In this document: positions 1 to 13,852 of the stretch, piece by piece
Position numbering within the stretch: the first letter of the stretch is position 1
Layout of the letters: every line of letters starts with the position of its first letter
NCBI RefSeq assembly: GCF_963921235.1
Contig: NC_086097.1
Span: 992,001-1,056,000 of the forward strand
Origin: Mobula hypostoma
Lineage: Eukaryota
Direction: 5' to 3'
Length of the DNA: 64,000 bases
Notes under the pieces: generated by a model
Told to the model about the DNA's origin: nothing
What the model saw: only the letters and a program-made list of their open reading frames with translations
Database searches by the model: none
Made by a program: the position numbers and the translations under genes

Positions 1-1330
1 GTACCCTGTCCAATGCTTCCAAATCCTTCCTATAGTGAGGCGACCAGAACTGTACACATTACTCCAAGTGTGGCCTAACCAGAGTATTATAGAGCTGCAT
101 CATTACATCGCGACTCTTACACTCTATCCCTTGACTTATGAAAGCTAACAACCCATAAGATTTCTTAACTACCCTATCCACCTGTGAGGCAACTTTCAGG
201 GATCTGTGGACATGTACCCCCAGATCCCTCTGCTCCTCCACACTACCAAGTATCCTGCCATTTACTTTGTACTGTGCCTTGGAGTTTGTCCTTCCAAAGT
301 GTACCACCTCACACTTCTCCGGGTTGAACTCCATCTGCCACTTCTCAGCCCACTTCTGCATCCTATCAATGTCTCTCTGCAACCTTTGACAATCCTCTAC
401 ACTATCTACAACACCACCAACCTTTGTGTCATCTGCAAACTTGCCAATCCACCCTTCTACCCTCACATCCAGGTCATTAATAAAAATCACTAAAAATAGA
501 GGTCCCAGAACAAATCCTTGTGGGAAACCACTAGTCACAACCTTCCAATCTGAATGTACTCCCTCCACCATGACCCTCTGCCTTCTGCAGGCAAGCCAGT
601 TCTGAATCCACCTGGCCAAACTTCCCTGGATCCCGTGCCTTCTGACTTTCTGAATAAGCCTACCGTGTGGAACCTTGTCAAGTGCCTTACTAAAATCCAT
701 GTAGATCACATCCACTGCACTATGCTCATCTATATGCCTGGTCACCTCCTCAAAGAACTCTGTCAGGCTTGTTAGACACGATCTGCCCTTCACAAAGCCA
801 TGCTGACTGTCCCTGATCAGACCATGATTCTCTAAATGCCCAGAGATCATATCTCTAAGAATCTTTTCCAACAGCTTTCCCACCACAGACATAAGGCTCA
901 CTAGTCTATAATTACCTGAACTATCCCTACTACCTTTTTTGAACAAGGGGACAACATTCGCCTCCCTCCAGTCCTCCGGTACCATTCCTGTGGACAACGA
1001 GGACATAAAGATCCTAGCCAGAGGCTCAGCAATCTCTTCCCTCGCCTCTGGGAGTAGCCTGAGGAATATTCCATCAGGCCCCGGGGACTTACCCGTCCCA
1101 ATGTATTTTAACAACTCCAACACCTCCACTCCCTTAATATCAACATGCTCCAGAAAATCTACCTCACTCATATTGTCCTCACCATCATCAAGTTCCCTCT
1201 CATTGGTGAATACCGAAGAGAAGTATTCATTGAGGATCGCGCTCACTTCCACAGCCTCCAGGCACATCTTCCCACCTTTATCTCTAATCGGTCCTACCTT
1301 CACTCCTGTCATCCTCTTTTTCTTCACATT
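1..1330 (-). mobile_element. CR1-type LINE (family A), ORF2 reverse-transcriptase fragment, 5'-truncated, runs off the window
   Basis: ORF 59..1327 has KSPGPDG, QHGF, DFSKALDKV, PQG and FADD RT motifs; closely similar to the copies at 38, 41 and 57 kb. Confidence 0.95.
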
Positions 1331-2010
1331 ATTATCCCTTTAAACCCCTTTCTCCCGTCTTCTCCCCATAATCTTTGGCCCTCTGATTAATCAAGAACCT
1401 TTCAACCTCTGTTTTAAATATACCAAAAGAGTAGGCCTCCAAAGCCATTTGTGGCAATAAATTCCAAAGATTCACCACCCTCTGGCTAATGGATGTCCCT
1501 CTATTCTGAGGCTATGTCCTCTGCTCCTAAACTCCCCCACTATAAGACATCTATCGCTGCCTTAAACACACCCAATGACTTGGCCTCCACAGCCATCTGT
1601 GGCAACAAATTCCACAGATTTACCACCCTTTGATTAAAGTAATTTCTCTGCATCTCAATTCTAAATAGACATCCTTCAGTCCTGAAGTTGTGCCCTCTTT
1701 TCCTAGACCCCTCTACCATGGGAAATAACTTTGCCATATCTAATCTGTTCAGGCCTTTCAACCTTCGGAATGTTTCTATGAGATCCCCCCTCATTCTCCT
1801 GAACTCCAGGGAATACAGCCCAAGAGCTGACAGACGTTCCTCATACAGTAACCTTTTCGTTGCTGGAATCATTCTTGTGAATCTTCTCTGAACCCTCTCC
1901 AATGTCAGTATATCCTTTCTAAAATAAGGAGCCCAAAACTGCACACAATACTCCAAGTGTGGTCTCACAAGTGCCTTATAGAGCCTCAACACCACATCCC
2001 TGCTCTTACA
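1331..2010 (-). mobile_element. Decayed CR1 3' ends; 1541-2010 is the host element that resumes at ~8353-8500
   Basis: ORF 1540..1995 LYKALVRPHLEYCVQFW; catccctgctctta|tattctatacatctagaag reads through across the inserted block. Confidence 0.85.
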
Positions 2011-5000
2011 TTCGGGAGAATGAGGAGATTATAGATAGTAGCTACAGGGAGGTAGTTACGCCAAAGGAGCAAGCACAGGAAATTGGGTCACTTTCAGGTG
2101 AGGGAAGAGGAAAGGGCAGGCAGAGCAGGGTTCCCCTGTGGCCATTCCCCTCAACAACAAGTATACTGCATTGGATACTGTTGGGGGGCGGCGGGGGGAG
2201 ACTTACCTGGGACAAGCTGCAGCAGCCAGATCTCTATGAACACTTGGAGTATTGTGTGCAGTTTTGGGCTCCTTATTTTAGAAAGGATACACTGACATTG
2301 AAGAAGGTTCAGAGAAGATTCACAAGAATGATTCCAGCAACGAAAAGGTTACTGTATGAGGAACGTCTGTCAGCTCTTGGGCTGACAGACTGAGTCTGGT
2401 TCTGCAGTGCAGAAGGGAGGGTGGAATAAGAGGAGAGCGGTAGTGATAGGGGACTCGATGGTTAGAGGTACAGATAGGAGGTTCTGTGGTCGTGACAGAG
2501 AATCCAGGATGGTTTGTTGCCTCCTGGGTGCTGGGGTCAAAGATGTCTCTGATCGCTTACATGACATTCTGAAGTGGGAGGGTGATCAGCCAGATGTCGT
2601 GGTGCACATCGGTACCAATGACATAGCAAGGAAGAGTGAGGAGGTCCTGAAGAGTGAGTATAGAGAGCGAGTATAGAGAGCTTGGTAGGAAGTTGAAAAG
2701 CAGGACCTCAAGGGTGGTAATCTCAGGATTGCTACCTGTGCCACGTGCCAGTGAGGGTAAGAATAGGATGCTCTGGAGGATGAACAAGTGGCTGTAGGGG
2801 GCAGGGTTTCAGATTTCAGGATCATTGGGACCTCTTCTGGGGCAGGTGGGAGCTGTACAAGAGAGACGGGTTACACTTGAACTACAAAGGGACCAATATC
2901 CTTTCAGGGAGGTTTGTTAATGCTGTTGGGGAGGCTTTAAACTAGGTTTGCAGGGGGATGGGAACCAGAATGCCAGAGCTGACAGTGTGGCTGGGGTGAA
3001 AATAAATGATGTTAAAAGTTCAAGCAAATCCACTAATAGAAGGGTTGTGAGTGGTGGTAAAAATCTTCTGAGGTGTATATATTTCAATGCTAGGAGTATT
3101 GCGGGGAAAGCAGACGAGTTGAGGGCGTGGATTGACACGTGGAATTATGACGTTATAGCAATTAGTGAAACTTGGCTACAGGAGGGGCAGGACTGGCAGC
3201 TTAATATTCCAGGGTTCCAATGTTTCAGATGTGATAGAGGCAGAGGAATGAAAGGTGGGGGAGTAGCATTGCTTGTCAGGGAAAATGTTACAGCAGTGCT
3301 CAGGCAGGACAGATTAGAGGGCTTGTCTACTGAGTCCTTATGGGTGGAGCTGAGAAACAGAAAAGGTATGGCCACATTAGTGGGGTTGTATTATAGACCA
3401 CCCAATAGTCAATGAAAATTGGAAGAGCAAATGTGCAGAGAGATAGCAGGCAACTGCAAGAAACATAAAGTTGTGGTGGGAGGGGATTTTAATTTTCCAC
3501 ATATTGATTGGGACTCCCATGCCGTTAGGGGTCTAGATGGTTTAGAGTTTGTAAAATGTGTTCAGGGAAGTTTTCTAAATCAATATATAGAGGTACCAAC
3601 TAGAGGGGATGCAATATTGGGTCTCCTGTTAGAAAACGAGTTAGGACAAGTTAAAGAAGTGTGTGTAGGGGAGCACTTTGGTTCCAGTGATCATAACGCC
3701 ATTAGTTTCAACTTGACCATGGATAAAGATAGATCTGGTCCTAGGGTTGTGGTTCTAAACTGGAAGGAGGCCAAATTTGAAGAAATGAGAAAGGATCTAA
3801 AAAGTGTGGATTGGGACAGGTTGTTCTCTGGCAAAGATGTGATCAATAAGTGGGAAGCCTTCAAAGGAGAAATTTTGAGAGTGCAGAGCTTGTATGTTCC
3901 TGTCAGGATTAAAGGCAAAGTGAATAGGAATAAGGAACCTTGGTTCTCAAGGGATATTGCAACTCTGATAAAGAAGAAGAGAGAGTTGTATGACATGTAT
4001 AGGAAACAGGCAGTAAATAAAGTGCTTGAGTAGTATAAAAAGTGCAAGAAAATACTTAAGAAGGAAATCAGGAGGGCTAAAAGAAGACATGAGGTTGCCT
4101 TGGCAGTCAAAGTGAAGGATAATCCAAAGAGCTTTTACAGGTTTATTAAAAGTAAAAGGATTGTAAAGGACAAAATTGGTCCTCTTGAAGATTCGAGTGG
4201 TCGGCTATGTGCGGAACCAAAAGAAATTGGGGAGATCTTCAATGGGTTTTTTGCGTCTGTATTTACTAAGGAAACTGGCATGAAGTCTATGGAATTAAGG
4301 GAAACAAGTAGTGTGATCATGGAAACTGTACAGATTGAAAAGGAGGAGGTGCTTGTTATCTTGAGGCAAATTAAAGTGGATAAATCCCCAGGACCTGACA
4401 GGGTATTCCCTCGGACCTTGAAGGAGACTAGTATTGAAATTGCAGGGGCCCTGGCAGATACACTTAAAATGTCTGTGTCTATGGGTGAGGTGCCGGAGGT
4501 TTGGAGAATGGCTCATGTTGTTCCGTTGTTTAAAAAAGGATCGAAACGTAATCCGGGACATTATAGGCCAGTAAGTTAGACGTCGCTAGTGGGTAAGTTA
4601 TTGGAGGGAGTACTAAGAGACAGAATCTACAAGCATTTGGATAGACAGGGACTTATTAGGGAGAGTCAACATGGCTTTGTGCGTGCTAGGTCACGTTTGA
4701 CCAATCTACTGGAGTTTTTCGAGGAGGTTACCAGGAAAGTGGATGAAGGGAAGGCAATGGATGTTGTCTACATGGACTTCAGTAAGGTCTTTGACAAGGT
4801 CCCGCATGGGAGGTTAGTTAGGAAGATTCAGTTGCTAGATATACATGGAGAGGTGGTAAATTGGATTAAATATTGGCTCAATGGAAGAAGCCAAAGAGTG
4901 GTAGTAGAGGATTGCTTCTCAGAGTGGAGGCCTGTGACTAGTGGTGTGCCACAGGGATCAGTGCTGGGTTCATTGTTACTTGTCATCTATATCAATGATC

Positions 5001-5477
5001 TGGATGATAATGTGGTAAATTGGATCAGCAAATTTGCTGATGATACAAAGATTGGAGGTGTAGTGGACAGTGAGGAAGGTTTTCAAAGCTTGCAGAGGGA
5101 TTTGGACCAGCTGGAAAGATGGGCTGAAAAATGGCAAATGAGTTTAATACAGACAAGTGTGAGGTATTGCACTTTGGAAGGGCAAACCAAGGTAGAACAT
5201 ACAGGGTAAATGGTAAGGCACTGAGGAGTGCAGTGGAACAGAGGGATCTGGGAATACAGATACAAAATTCCCTAAAAGTGGCGTCACAGGTAGATAGGGT
5301 CGTAAAGAGAGCTTTTGGTACATTGGCCTTTATTAATCAAAGTATTGAGTATAAGAACTGGAATGTTATGATGAGGTTGTATAAGGCATTGGTGAGGCCA
5401 AATCTGGAGTATTGTGTTCAGTTTTGGTCACCAAATTACAGGAAGGATATTAATAAGGTTGAAAGAGTGCAGAGAAG

Positions 5478-7869
5478 TATCACTATTCAAAACCTTTGAA
5501 ATAATATGAAAAACATCTTTCCAAAAAGTTTCCAGAGTAGGACAAGACCAAAACATATGGGTCAAGGAAGCTATCTCGCCATGACATCTATCACAAAGAG
5601 GGTTAATATGAGAATAAAAACGAGCAAATTTATCTTTAGACATGTGTGCTCTTTGGACAACTTTAAACTGAATTAAGGAGTGTTTGGAACAGATAGAGGA
5701 AGTATTAACTAGTTGTAAAATACGAGCCCAGTCATCCGCCGAGATAGTGAGGCCCAATTCCTTTACCCAGTCGGTCCTAATCTTATCGAAAGGAGCTATC
5801 TTAAGTTTCATGATAATATTATAAATAATAGCCCTTACACCTTTCTGATATGGGTTAAGGTTAATGACAGCGTCTAAAATATTTGTAGGGGGTAACGCCA
5901 GAGGGGAAGAAAGTATGGTATTTAGAAAATTTCTAACTTGTGGAGGTCGAGTTCTAGGACGTGATTGTTTAATCTGGTTATGTTTACTATTTACCTAGCT
6001 AGCCCATTGCTTTGTTTTGTAGCTTAGAGGCACGGTAGTTTTTTTTTGGGTTTTATTTTCTTCTGGGTTTTTTTCTCTCTCTCTACTGTTATATGGAAAA
6101 CTAGTACACAATTATATTACCTTGTTATTTTTTTTTAACTAACCTATGTTGTTTTCATTTTTTTTGTATTAATACCTCTTGTACAAACCCCATTTTCAGA
6201 AAAGTTGGGATATTTTCCAAAATGCAATTAAAAAATCTGTGATATGTTAATTCACGTGAACCTTTATTTAACTGACAAAAATACAAAGAAAAGATTTTCA
6301 ATAGTTTTACTGACCAACTTAATTGTATTTTGTAAATATACACAAATTTAGAATTTGATGGCTGCAACACACTCAACAGAAGTTGGGACAGAGTTAAAAT
6401 AAGACTGAAAAGTGCACAGAATATTCAAGTAACACCAGTTTGGAAGACTCCACATTAAGCAGACTAATTGGTAGCAGGTAAGGTATCATGACTGGGTATA
6501 AAAGTAGCGTCCATCAAAGGCTCAGTCTTTGCAAGCAAGGATGGGTCGTGGCTTACCCCTTTGCGCCAAAATTCGTAAGAGAATTGTTAGTCAGTTCAAA
6601 AGGAACATTTCTCAATGCAAGATTGCAGAGAATTTGGGTCTTTCAACATCTACAGTACATAATATTGTGAAAAGATTCAGAGAATTCAGAGACATCTCAG
6701 TGCGTAAAGGGCAAGGTTGGAAACCACTGTTGAATGCGCGTAATCTTCGAGCCCTCAGGCGACACTGCCTAAGAAACCGTCATGCTACTGTGACAATTAT
6801 AGCCACCTGGGCTTGGGAGTACTTCAGAAAACCATTGTCACTCAACACAGTCCGTCGCTGCATCCAGAAATGCAACTTGAAACTGTATTACGCAAGGAGG
6901 AAGCCATACATCAATTCTATGCAGAAATGCCGGCGAGTTCTCTGGGCCCGAGCTCATCTCAGATGGAGCGAAAGACTGTGGAACCATGTGCTGTGGTCAG
7001 ATGAGTCCACATTTCAGCTAGTTTTCGGAAAAAATAGGCGTCGATTCTCTGTGCCAAAGATGAAAACGACCATCCAGATTGTTATCAGCGAAAGGTGCAA
7101 AAGCCAGCATCTGTGATGGTATGGGGGTGCATCAGTGCCCACGGCATGGGTGAGTTGCATGTACGTGAAGGTACCATTGACTCTGAGGCGTATATTAGGA
7201 TTTTAGAGAGACATATGTTGCCATCAAGGCGACGTCTCTTCCCGGGACGTCCATGCTTATTTCAGCAGGACAATGCCAGACCACATTCTGCACGGGCTAC
7301 AACAGCGTGGCTTTGTAGACACAGAGTGCGTGTGCTTGACTGGCCTGCTGCCAGTCCAGATCTATCTCCTATTGAAAATGTATGGCGCATCATGGAGAGG
7401 AGAATCAGACAACGGAGACCATGGACTTTGAGCAGCTGAAGTCTTATATCAAGCAAGAATGGACAAAATTTCCAATTGCAAATCTATTACAATTAGTACC
7501 CTCAGTTCCAAAACGATTAAAAAGTGTTATTAAAAGGAAAGGTGATGTAACACAATGGTAAACATGCCTCTGTCCCAACTTCTGTTGAGTGTTGCAGCAG
7601 CCATGAAATTCTAACTTTGTGTATGTTTACAAAGTACAATTAAGTTGGTCAGTAAGACTATTGAAAATCTTTTCTTTGTACTTTTGTCAGTTAAATAAAG
7701 GTTCATGTGAATTAACATATCACAGATTTTTGTTTTTATTGCATTTTGGAAAATATCCCAACTTTTCTGGAAATGGGGTTTGTTATCTATATCGTAACAA
7801 TGTATTGGTTGCTATATGTTTTATCCTGTGTGTACTAATTTAATAAAAAGATTTAAAAAGAAGAAGAAG
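5478..7869 (+). mobile_element. 5'-truncated, 5'-inverted L1 (fish-type LINE-1) insertion with a 13-bp TSD
   Basis: TSD gagtgcagagaag at 5465-5477 and 7870-7882. 5478-~5940 encodes an L1 ORF2 C-terminal CxxC…HMFWSC knuckle on the minus strand, while the T-rich 3'UTR, AATAAA and A/(AAG)n tail are on the plus strand. Confidence 0.85.
6184..7782 (+). mobile_element. Full-length Tc1 transposon (DD34E), ~210-bp TIRs, frameshifted transposase at ~6529-7560
   Basis: TIR caaaccccattttcagaaaagttggga… and its reverse complement at the right end; TA at 6182-83; motifs WSDES, QQDNARPH, SPDLSPIE with 34 residues between D and E. Confidence 0.95.
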
Positions 7870-8709
7870 GAGTGCAGAGAAGGTTTACAAGGATGTTGCC
7901 GGGACTTGAGAAACTGAGATACAGAGAAAGGTTGAATAGGTTAGGACTTTATTCCCTGGAGCGTAGAAGAATGAAGGGAGATTTGATAGAGGTATATAAA
8001 ATTATGATGGGTACAGATAGAGTGATTGCAAGCAGGCTTTTTCCACTGAGGCAAGGGGAGGAAAAAACCAGAGGACATGGGTTAAGGGTGAGGGGGGAAA
8101 AGTTTAAAGGGAACATTGGGGGGGACTTCTTCACACAGAGAGTGGTGGGAGTGTGGAATGAGCTGCCAGACGAGGTGGTAAATGCGGGTTCTTTTTTAAC
8201 ATTTAAGAATAAATTGGACAGATACATGGATGGGAGATGTATGAAGGGATATGGTCCGTGTGTACGTCAGTGGGACTAGGTAGAAAATGGTTCAGCACAG
8301 CCAAGAAGGGCCAAAAGGCCTGTTTCTGTGCTGTAGTTTTTCCTATGGTTTCTATATTCTATACATCTAGAAGTGAATGCCAACATTGCATTCGCCTTCT
8401 TCACAACTGACTCAACCTGGAGGTTAACCCTCAGAGTATCCTGCACAAGGACTCCCAACTCCCTTTGCATCTCTGCATCTTGAATTCTCTCCCCATCTCG
8501 AATTTCAACAGATGTGTCAAGCATGATTTCCCCTTAAGGAAACCATGCTGATTTTGGCACATTTTATCATGTGCCTCTAAGTACCCTGAAACCTCACCTT
8601 TAATAATCGACTCCAATTATGTTTCCAACCTCCATCAGTCCAACTGGCCTATAATGTCCTTTCTCTCCCTCCCTGCCTTCTTAAAGAGTGGAGTGACATT
8701 TGCAATTTT

Positions 8710-11625
8710 CAGCCATTTAATCATAGCTGATCCTTTTTACCCCTCCTCAGCCCCATTCCCCAGCCATCTCCTCATAACCTTTGATGCCGTATCCAATCAA
8801 GAACCTGTCAAGCTCTGCGTTAAATACCACAATGACCTGGCCTCCACAGCTGCCTGTGGTAAAAAAAAATTCCACAAATTCATCATCCACTAGCTAATGA
8901 AATTACTCCGCATCTCTGTTTTAAATGGGCTCCCTTCTATCCTGAGGCTGTGCCCTCTTGTCTTTGACTCCTCTACCATGGCAGACATCATTTCCATATC
9001 TACTCTGTCGAGGCCTTTCAACATTTGGAAGGTTTCAATGAGATCCCCTCTCATCCTTCTAAATTCTAGCAAGTACAGACCCATAGCCATCAAACGTTCC
9101 TTGTATGATAACCCTTTCATTCCTGGAATCATCTTTGTGAACCTCCTCGGAACCCTCTCCAATGCAGCACATCTTTTCTGAGATGATAAGCCCAAACCTG
9201 TTCACAATATTCAAGGTGAGGCCTCACTAGTGCCTTATAAAGCCTCATCATCACATCTCTGCTATTGTATTCAAGACCTCTTGAAATGAATGCTAACATT
9301 GCATTTGCCTTTCTCACCACCTGCTCTACCTACAAGTTAATCTTTAGGCTGTTCTGCAGAAGGACTCCCACGTTCCTTTGTATCTCGGGTTTATGGATTT
9401 TCTCATTTAGAAAATAGTCTGCACATTTATTTCTACTACCAAAGTGCATGACCATGCATTTTCCAAGATTGTATTTCATTTATCATTTTCTTGCCCATTC
9501 CCCTAATCTGCCTAAGTCCTTCTGCATTCTACCTATTTCCTCAACACTATCTGCTCATCCACTAATCTTTGTATCATCTGCAAACTTGGCAACAAAGCCA
9601 TCTATTCCATCATCTAAATCATTGATACACAGCATAAATAGAAGCAGTTCCAACACTGACCCTTTGGAACACCACTGGTCACTGGCAGCCAACCAGACAA
9701 GGATCTTTATATTCTCACTCGCTGCCTCCTACCATCATTTACTGTATTATCATGTGCTCTTAACTTGGCAAGCAGCCTCATGTGTAGCACCTTGTCAAAG
9801 GCTTTCTGAAAGTCAAAATATACAATATCCACTGCATCCCCTTTATTTATCCTACATGTAATCTCCTCAAAGAATTCTAACAGGTCCACAGGCAAGATTT
9901 TCCCTCAAGGAAACTATGCTGACTTGGTCCTATCTTGTCGTGTATTACCAAGTACTCCATAACTTCATCCTTAACCACAGACTCCAAAATCTTCCCAACC
10001 ACTGAAGTCAGGCTAACTGGTTTATAATTTCTTTTCTGCTGCCTCCCTCCTTTCTAAAAGAGTGAAGTGACATTTTCAGTTTTTCAGTCCTCTGGCAACA
10101 TGCCAGAGTCTGATGATATTTGAAGGATCATTACTGATGCCTCCACAATCTCTACAGTTACCTCTTTCAGAATCCTAGGGTGCAGTTCATCTGGTCCGGG
10201 AGACTTATGTACCTTTGCGTCTTTTAGCTTTTTGAGCACCTTCTCCCTTGTAAAAGTAATTGCACTCAAATCTCTTCCCTTGCACCCTTCTACATCTGGA
10301 ACACTGCTCGTGTCTTCCACAGTGAAGACTGATGAAAAATACTCATTTAGTTCATCTTCCATCTCCTTGTCCCCCATTATTATTTCTCTGGTCCCATTTT
10401 CTAGCAGTCCTATATCCACTCTCATCTCTCTTTTATTTTTTACATATTTGAAAAAGCTTTTACTATTCACTTTGATATTGTTTGCTAGCTTACTTCCTTA
10501 TTTCATCTTTTCTCTCCAAATGATTCTTCTAGTTGCTTCTATAGTGTTTTGAAAGCTTCCCAATCCTCTGTCTTCCAACTAATTTTTGCTTTGTTGTATG
10601 TCCTCTCTTTTGCTTTTACATTAGCTTTGACTTCCCTTGTCAGCCAAGGTTGTGCTATTTTGCCATTTGGGTATTTCTTTGTTTTTAGAATACATCGATC
10701 CTGAACCTTCCTCATTTTCCCCAGAAACTCATGCTATTGTTGTCTGCTGTCATTCCTGCCAGCATCTCCTTCGAACTTACGTTGGTCAACTCCTCTCTCA
10801 TACCACTGAAATTTCCTTTACTCCACTGAAATACTGCTACGTCAGACTTTACTTTCTCCCAATAAAATTTCAAGATGATCTCAATCATATTGTGATCACT
10901 GCCTCTACTAAGGGTTCTTTTTGCCTTAAGCTCCCTAATCACTTCTGGTTCATAACATAACACTCAATCCAGTATAGCTGATCCCCTAGTAGGCTCAACA
11001 ACTAATTGCTCTAGAAGGCCATCTCATAGGCATTCAACATACTCACTCGCTTGGGATCCAATCCATTTCCAACCTGATTTTCTCAATTGACCTGCATGTT
11101 CAAATCTCCTGTGACTGTCATAACATTGTCCTTTTGACACGCCTTTACTATTTCCTGTTGCAATCTGTGGTCCACATCCTAGCTACTGTATGAAACTGCC
11201 ATCAGGGTCCTTTTACCCTTGCAATTTCTTAATTCAACCCACAATCCTATGTCACATTTTTCTACTGATTTGATGCCATTCTTTACCAGCAGAGGCATGC
11301 CACCCCCTCTGCCGACCTTCCTATCCCTCCGATACAACTTGTAACCTTGGATATTCAGCTTCCCAACATCAACCATCCTTCAGCCATGATTCAGTGATGG
11401 CCAAAATATCATACCTGGCAACCTGTAAAAGTGCAACAAGATCATTCACCTTATTTCTTATACTCCTTACATTGAGATATAACACTTTGAATGCTTCATT
11501 TGCTACCCCTTTTGATTCTGCATCTGTAATGCACTGATACTCACCCTGCTGGCTGCAATTATGTCCTATCATCTGCCTGCCCTCCCTGACAGTCTGACTG
11601 AACACTATCTTTGCTTTTTTACCAC
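8710..11625 (-). mobile_element. Old decayed CR1 (family B) ORF2
   Basis: Fragmented EN (LYLNVRSIRNK, AITESWL) and RT ORFs at 8890-11644. Confidence 0.88.
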
Positions 11626-12387
11626 TGGATCTATCCAAACTCAAAAACTTGTTCCTATGAGTGGATAGTCAAAACTTATGACAGGAGTGTCAAAAACATG
11701 AGCATAGGTTTAAAATGAAAGGAAGGGGTTTTAAAGGAGTAAGCTTTTTTTAAAAAAAAAAGTGTGGTAGGTATCTAAAGGTAGTGAAATCAGATACAAT
11801 TGGTTTGATTACAAGGCACTGAGACAGACAGTTAAATAGGCAGGTATAGGATACTGTCCTAACATGGGCAAATGAGATTTGTGCAGATGTGCAGAAAGGT
11901 CAGCATGGATGTTGTCAGCTGAAGCGGTGTATCTGTACTGTATAATTCATGGTGCTAAACAGGCCACATCTTTATTCTGAGACTATGCCCCTGGTTCCAG
12001 AATCCTCTGCAAAGAAAAATATCCTCTCAACATCCTTTGTGTCAATGTCCTCCAGAATCTTTTCAATCAGTGGCAGCACCACCTACACCCATCTGTATCC
12101 TCATTGCCTTGACTGTATGCCAGACCACACACCCCAGGAAATAGCACTCCGCTGGATCTTGCTACCCTTCTATTCACCCTGGCCTTACAATAAGCAATCA
12201 AACAATTCCTCACCTGATATACATTTCAAACAGCTGCTCCCCCTACTCTTTTCTTGACCTCACAGTAAGCAAGAACAAAACTACAGTTCATGTTTGAAAA
12301 CAGATTAGTAGTCCAAAAATCTTCTGCCCTGGGAAAGAGACTCTTATACAGCAAGAATAAATCCAGTCTACCCAACCTTTCCTTATA

Positions 12388-13852
12388 CAGTGCCATTAAA
12401 AATATTCACCCCCTTGGAAGTTTTCATGTTTTAATTTGGCTTTTATTGACACTGATCAACAAAAAAGACACTTTTGTGTCAAAGTGAAAATAGATCTTTA
12501 CAAAGTGATCTAAATTAATTGCAAATATAAACAAAATATTTCTGTAAGTATTCACCCCCCTTCAACTTCAAGATACACCTTTGGTAGCAATTACAGCCTT
12601 GAGTCTGTGTGGATAGGTCTCTATCAGCTTTGCACATCTGGATACAGCAATTTTTTCCCATTCTTCTTTACAAAAGTGCTCGAGCTCTGTTAAATTCTAT
12701 GGGAATCGTGAGTGAACAGCCTTTTTCAAGTCCAGCCACAAATTCTCAATTGGATTGAGATCTGGACTCAGATTTGGCCACTCCAGGACATTAACTTAGT
12801 TATTTTTAAGACATTCCTGTGTAGCTTTGGTTTTATGTTTGGGATCACTGTCTTGCTGGAAAACAAATCTTCTCCCAAGTCGCAGTTCTCTTACAGACTG
12901 TATCGGGTTTTCCTCCAATTTTTCCCTGTATTTTGCAGCATTCATTTTACCTTCTACCTTCACAAGCCTTCTGGGACCTGCTACAGTGAAGCATCCCCAC
13001 AGCATGATGCAGCCACCACCATACTTCACGGTAGGGATGGTGTGTTTTTGATGATGTGTGGTGTTTGGCTTAATTTTGGTTTCATTAGACCATAGAATCT
13101 TCTTCCAGCTGGCTTCAGAGTCTCCCACATGCCTTCTGACAAACTCTAGCCGAGATCTCATGCGAGTTTTTTTTCCCAACAGTGGTTTTTTCTTTGCCAC
13201 TCTCCCATAAAGCTGCGACTGGTGAATCATCCGGGCATCAGTTATTCTATGCACATTCTCTCCCATCCCAGCTACTTGGTCCCTTGGTGGCCTCCCTCAC
13301 TAGACCCTTCATAGCACTGTCACTCAGCTTTTGAGGACAGCCTGCTCTAGGCAGATTTACAGCTGTGCCATATTCTTTCCAATACTTGATGATTGGCTTA
13401 AATGTATGCCTGAAGATGTTCAGTGACTTGGAAATTTTCTTGTACCCATCTCCTGACTTGTGCTTTTCAATAACCTTTTCCAGGAGTTGCTTGGGGTGTT
13501 CTTTTGTCTTCCTGGTATAGTTTTTGCCAGGATACTGACTCACCAGCAGTTGGACCTTCCAGATACAGGTTTATTTTTACTACTATCAATTAAAACACCT
13601 TGACTATACAGAGGGCTCCAAAAACAGATCTCCATTTAACTAAAACTAATTAGCTGCATCAGTGATGATTTGGGGTGTCATAATTAAGGGCGGGGGGTGA
13701 AGAGCTCTGTTGTCACTTTGACACGAAAGAGTCTTTTTCTGTTGATCGTGTCAAAAAAGCCACATTAAATCCACTGTGATTCAGTGTTGTAAAACAATAA
13801 AACATGAACGCTTCCAAGGGGCGGGGGGAAGCAATACTTTTCATAGGCATTG
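12388..13852 (-). mobile_element. Decayed Tc1 transposon (DD34E, Passport/PPTN-like termini) with TA TSD
   Basis: ta|cagtgccattaaaaatattcaccccctt … aggcattg|ta; ORFs 13247-13543 (GYKKISK, GCPQKL) and 12796-13266 (TVKYGGGCIMLWGCF, QQDSDPKH), then SPDLNPIE after a stop. Confidence 0.92.

Larger units (their letters stand above)
2011..8352 (+). mobile_element. Near-full-length CR1 LINE (family C): ORF1 SGNH-esterase-like, ORF2 APE endonuclease + RT with stops/frameshifts; interrupted at 5477/7870
   Basis: ORF1 VVIGDSMVRG…VVHIGTND; EN YFNARSI…ISETWL…GDFN…SDH; RT FADD; 3' tail (ttctatgg)n. Confidence 0.95.
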
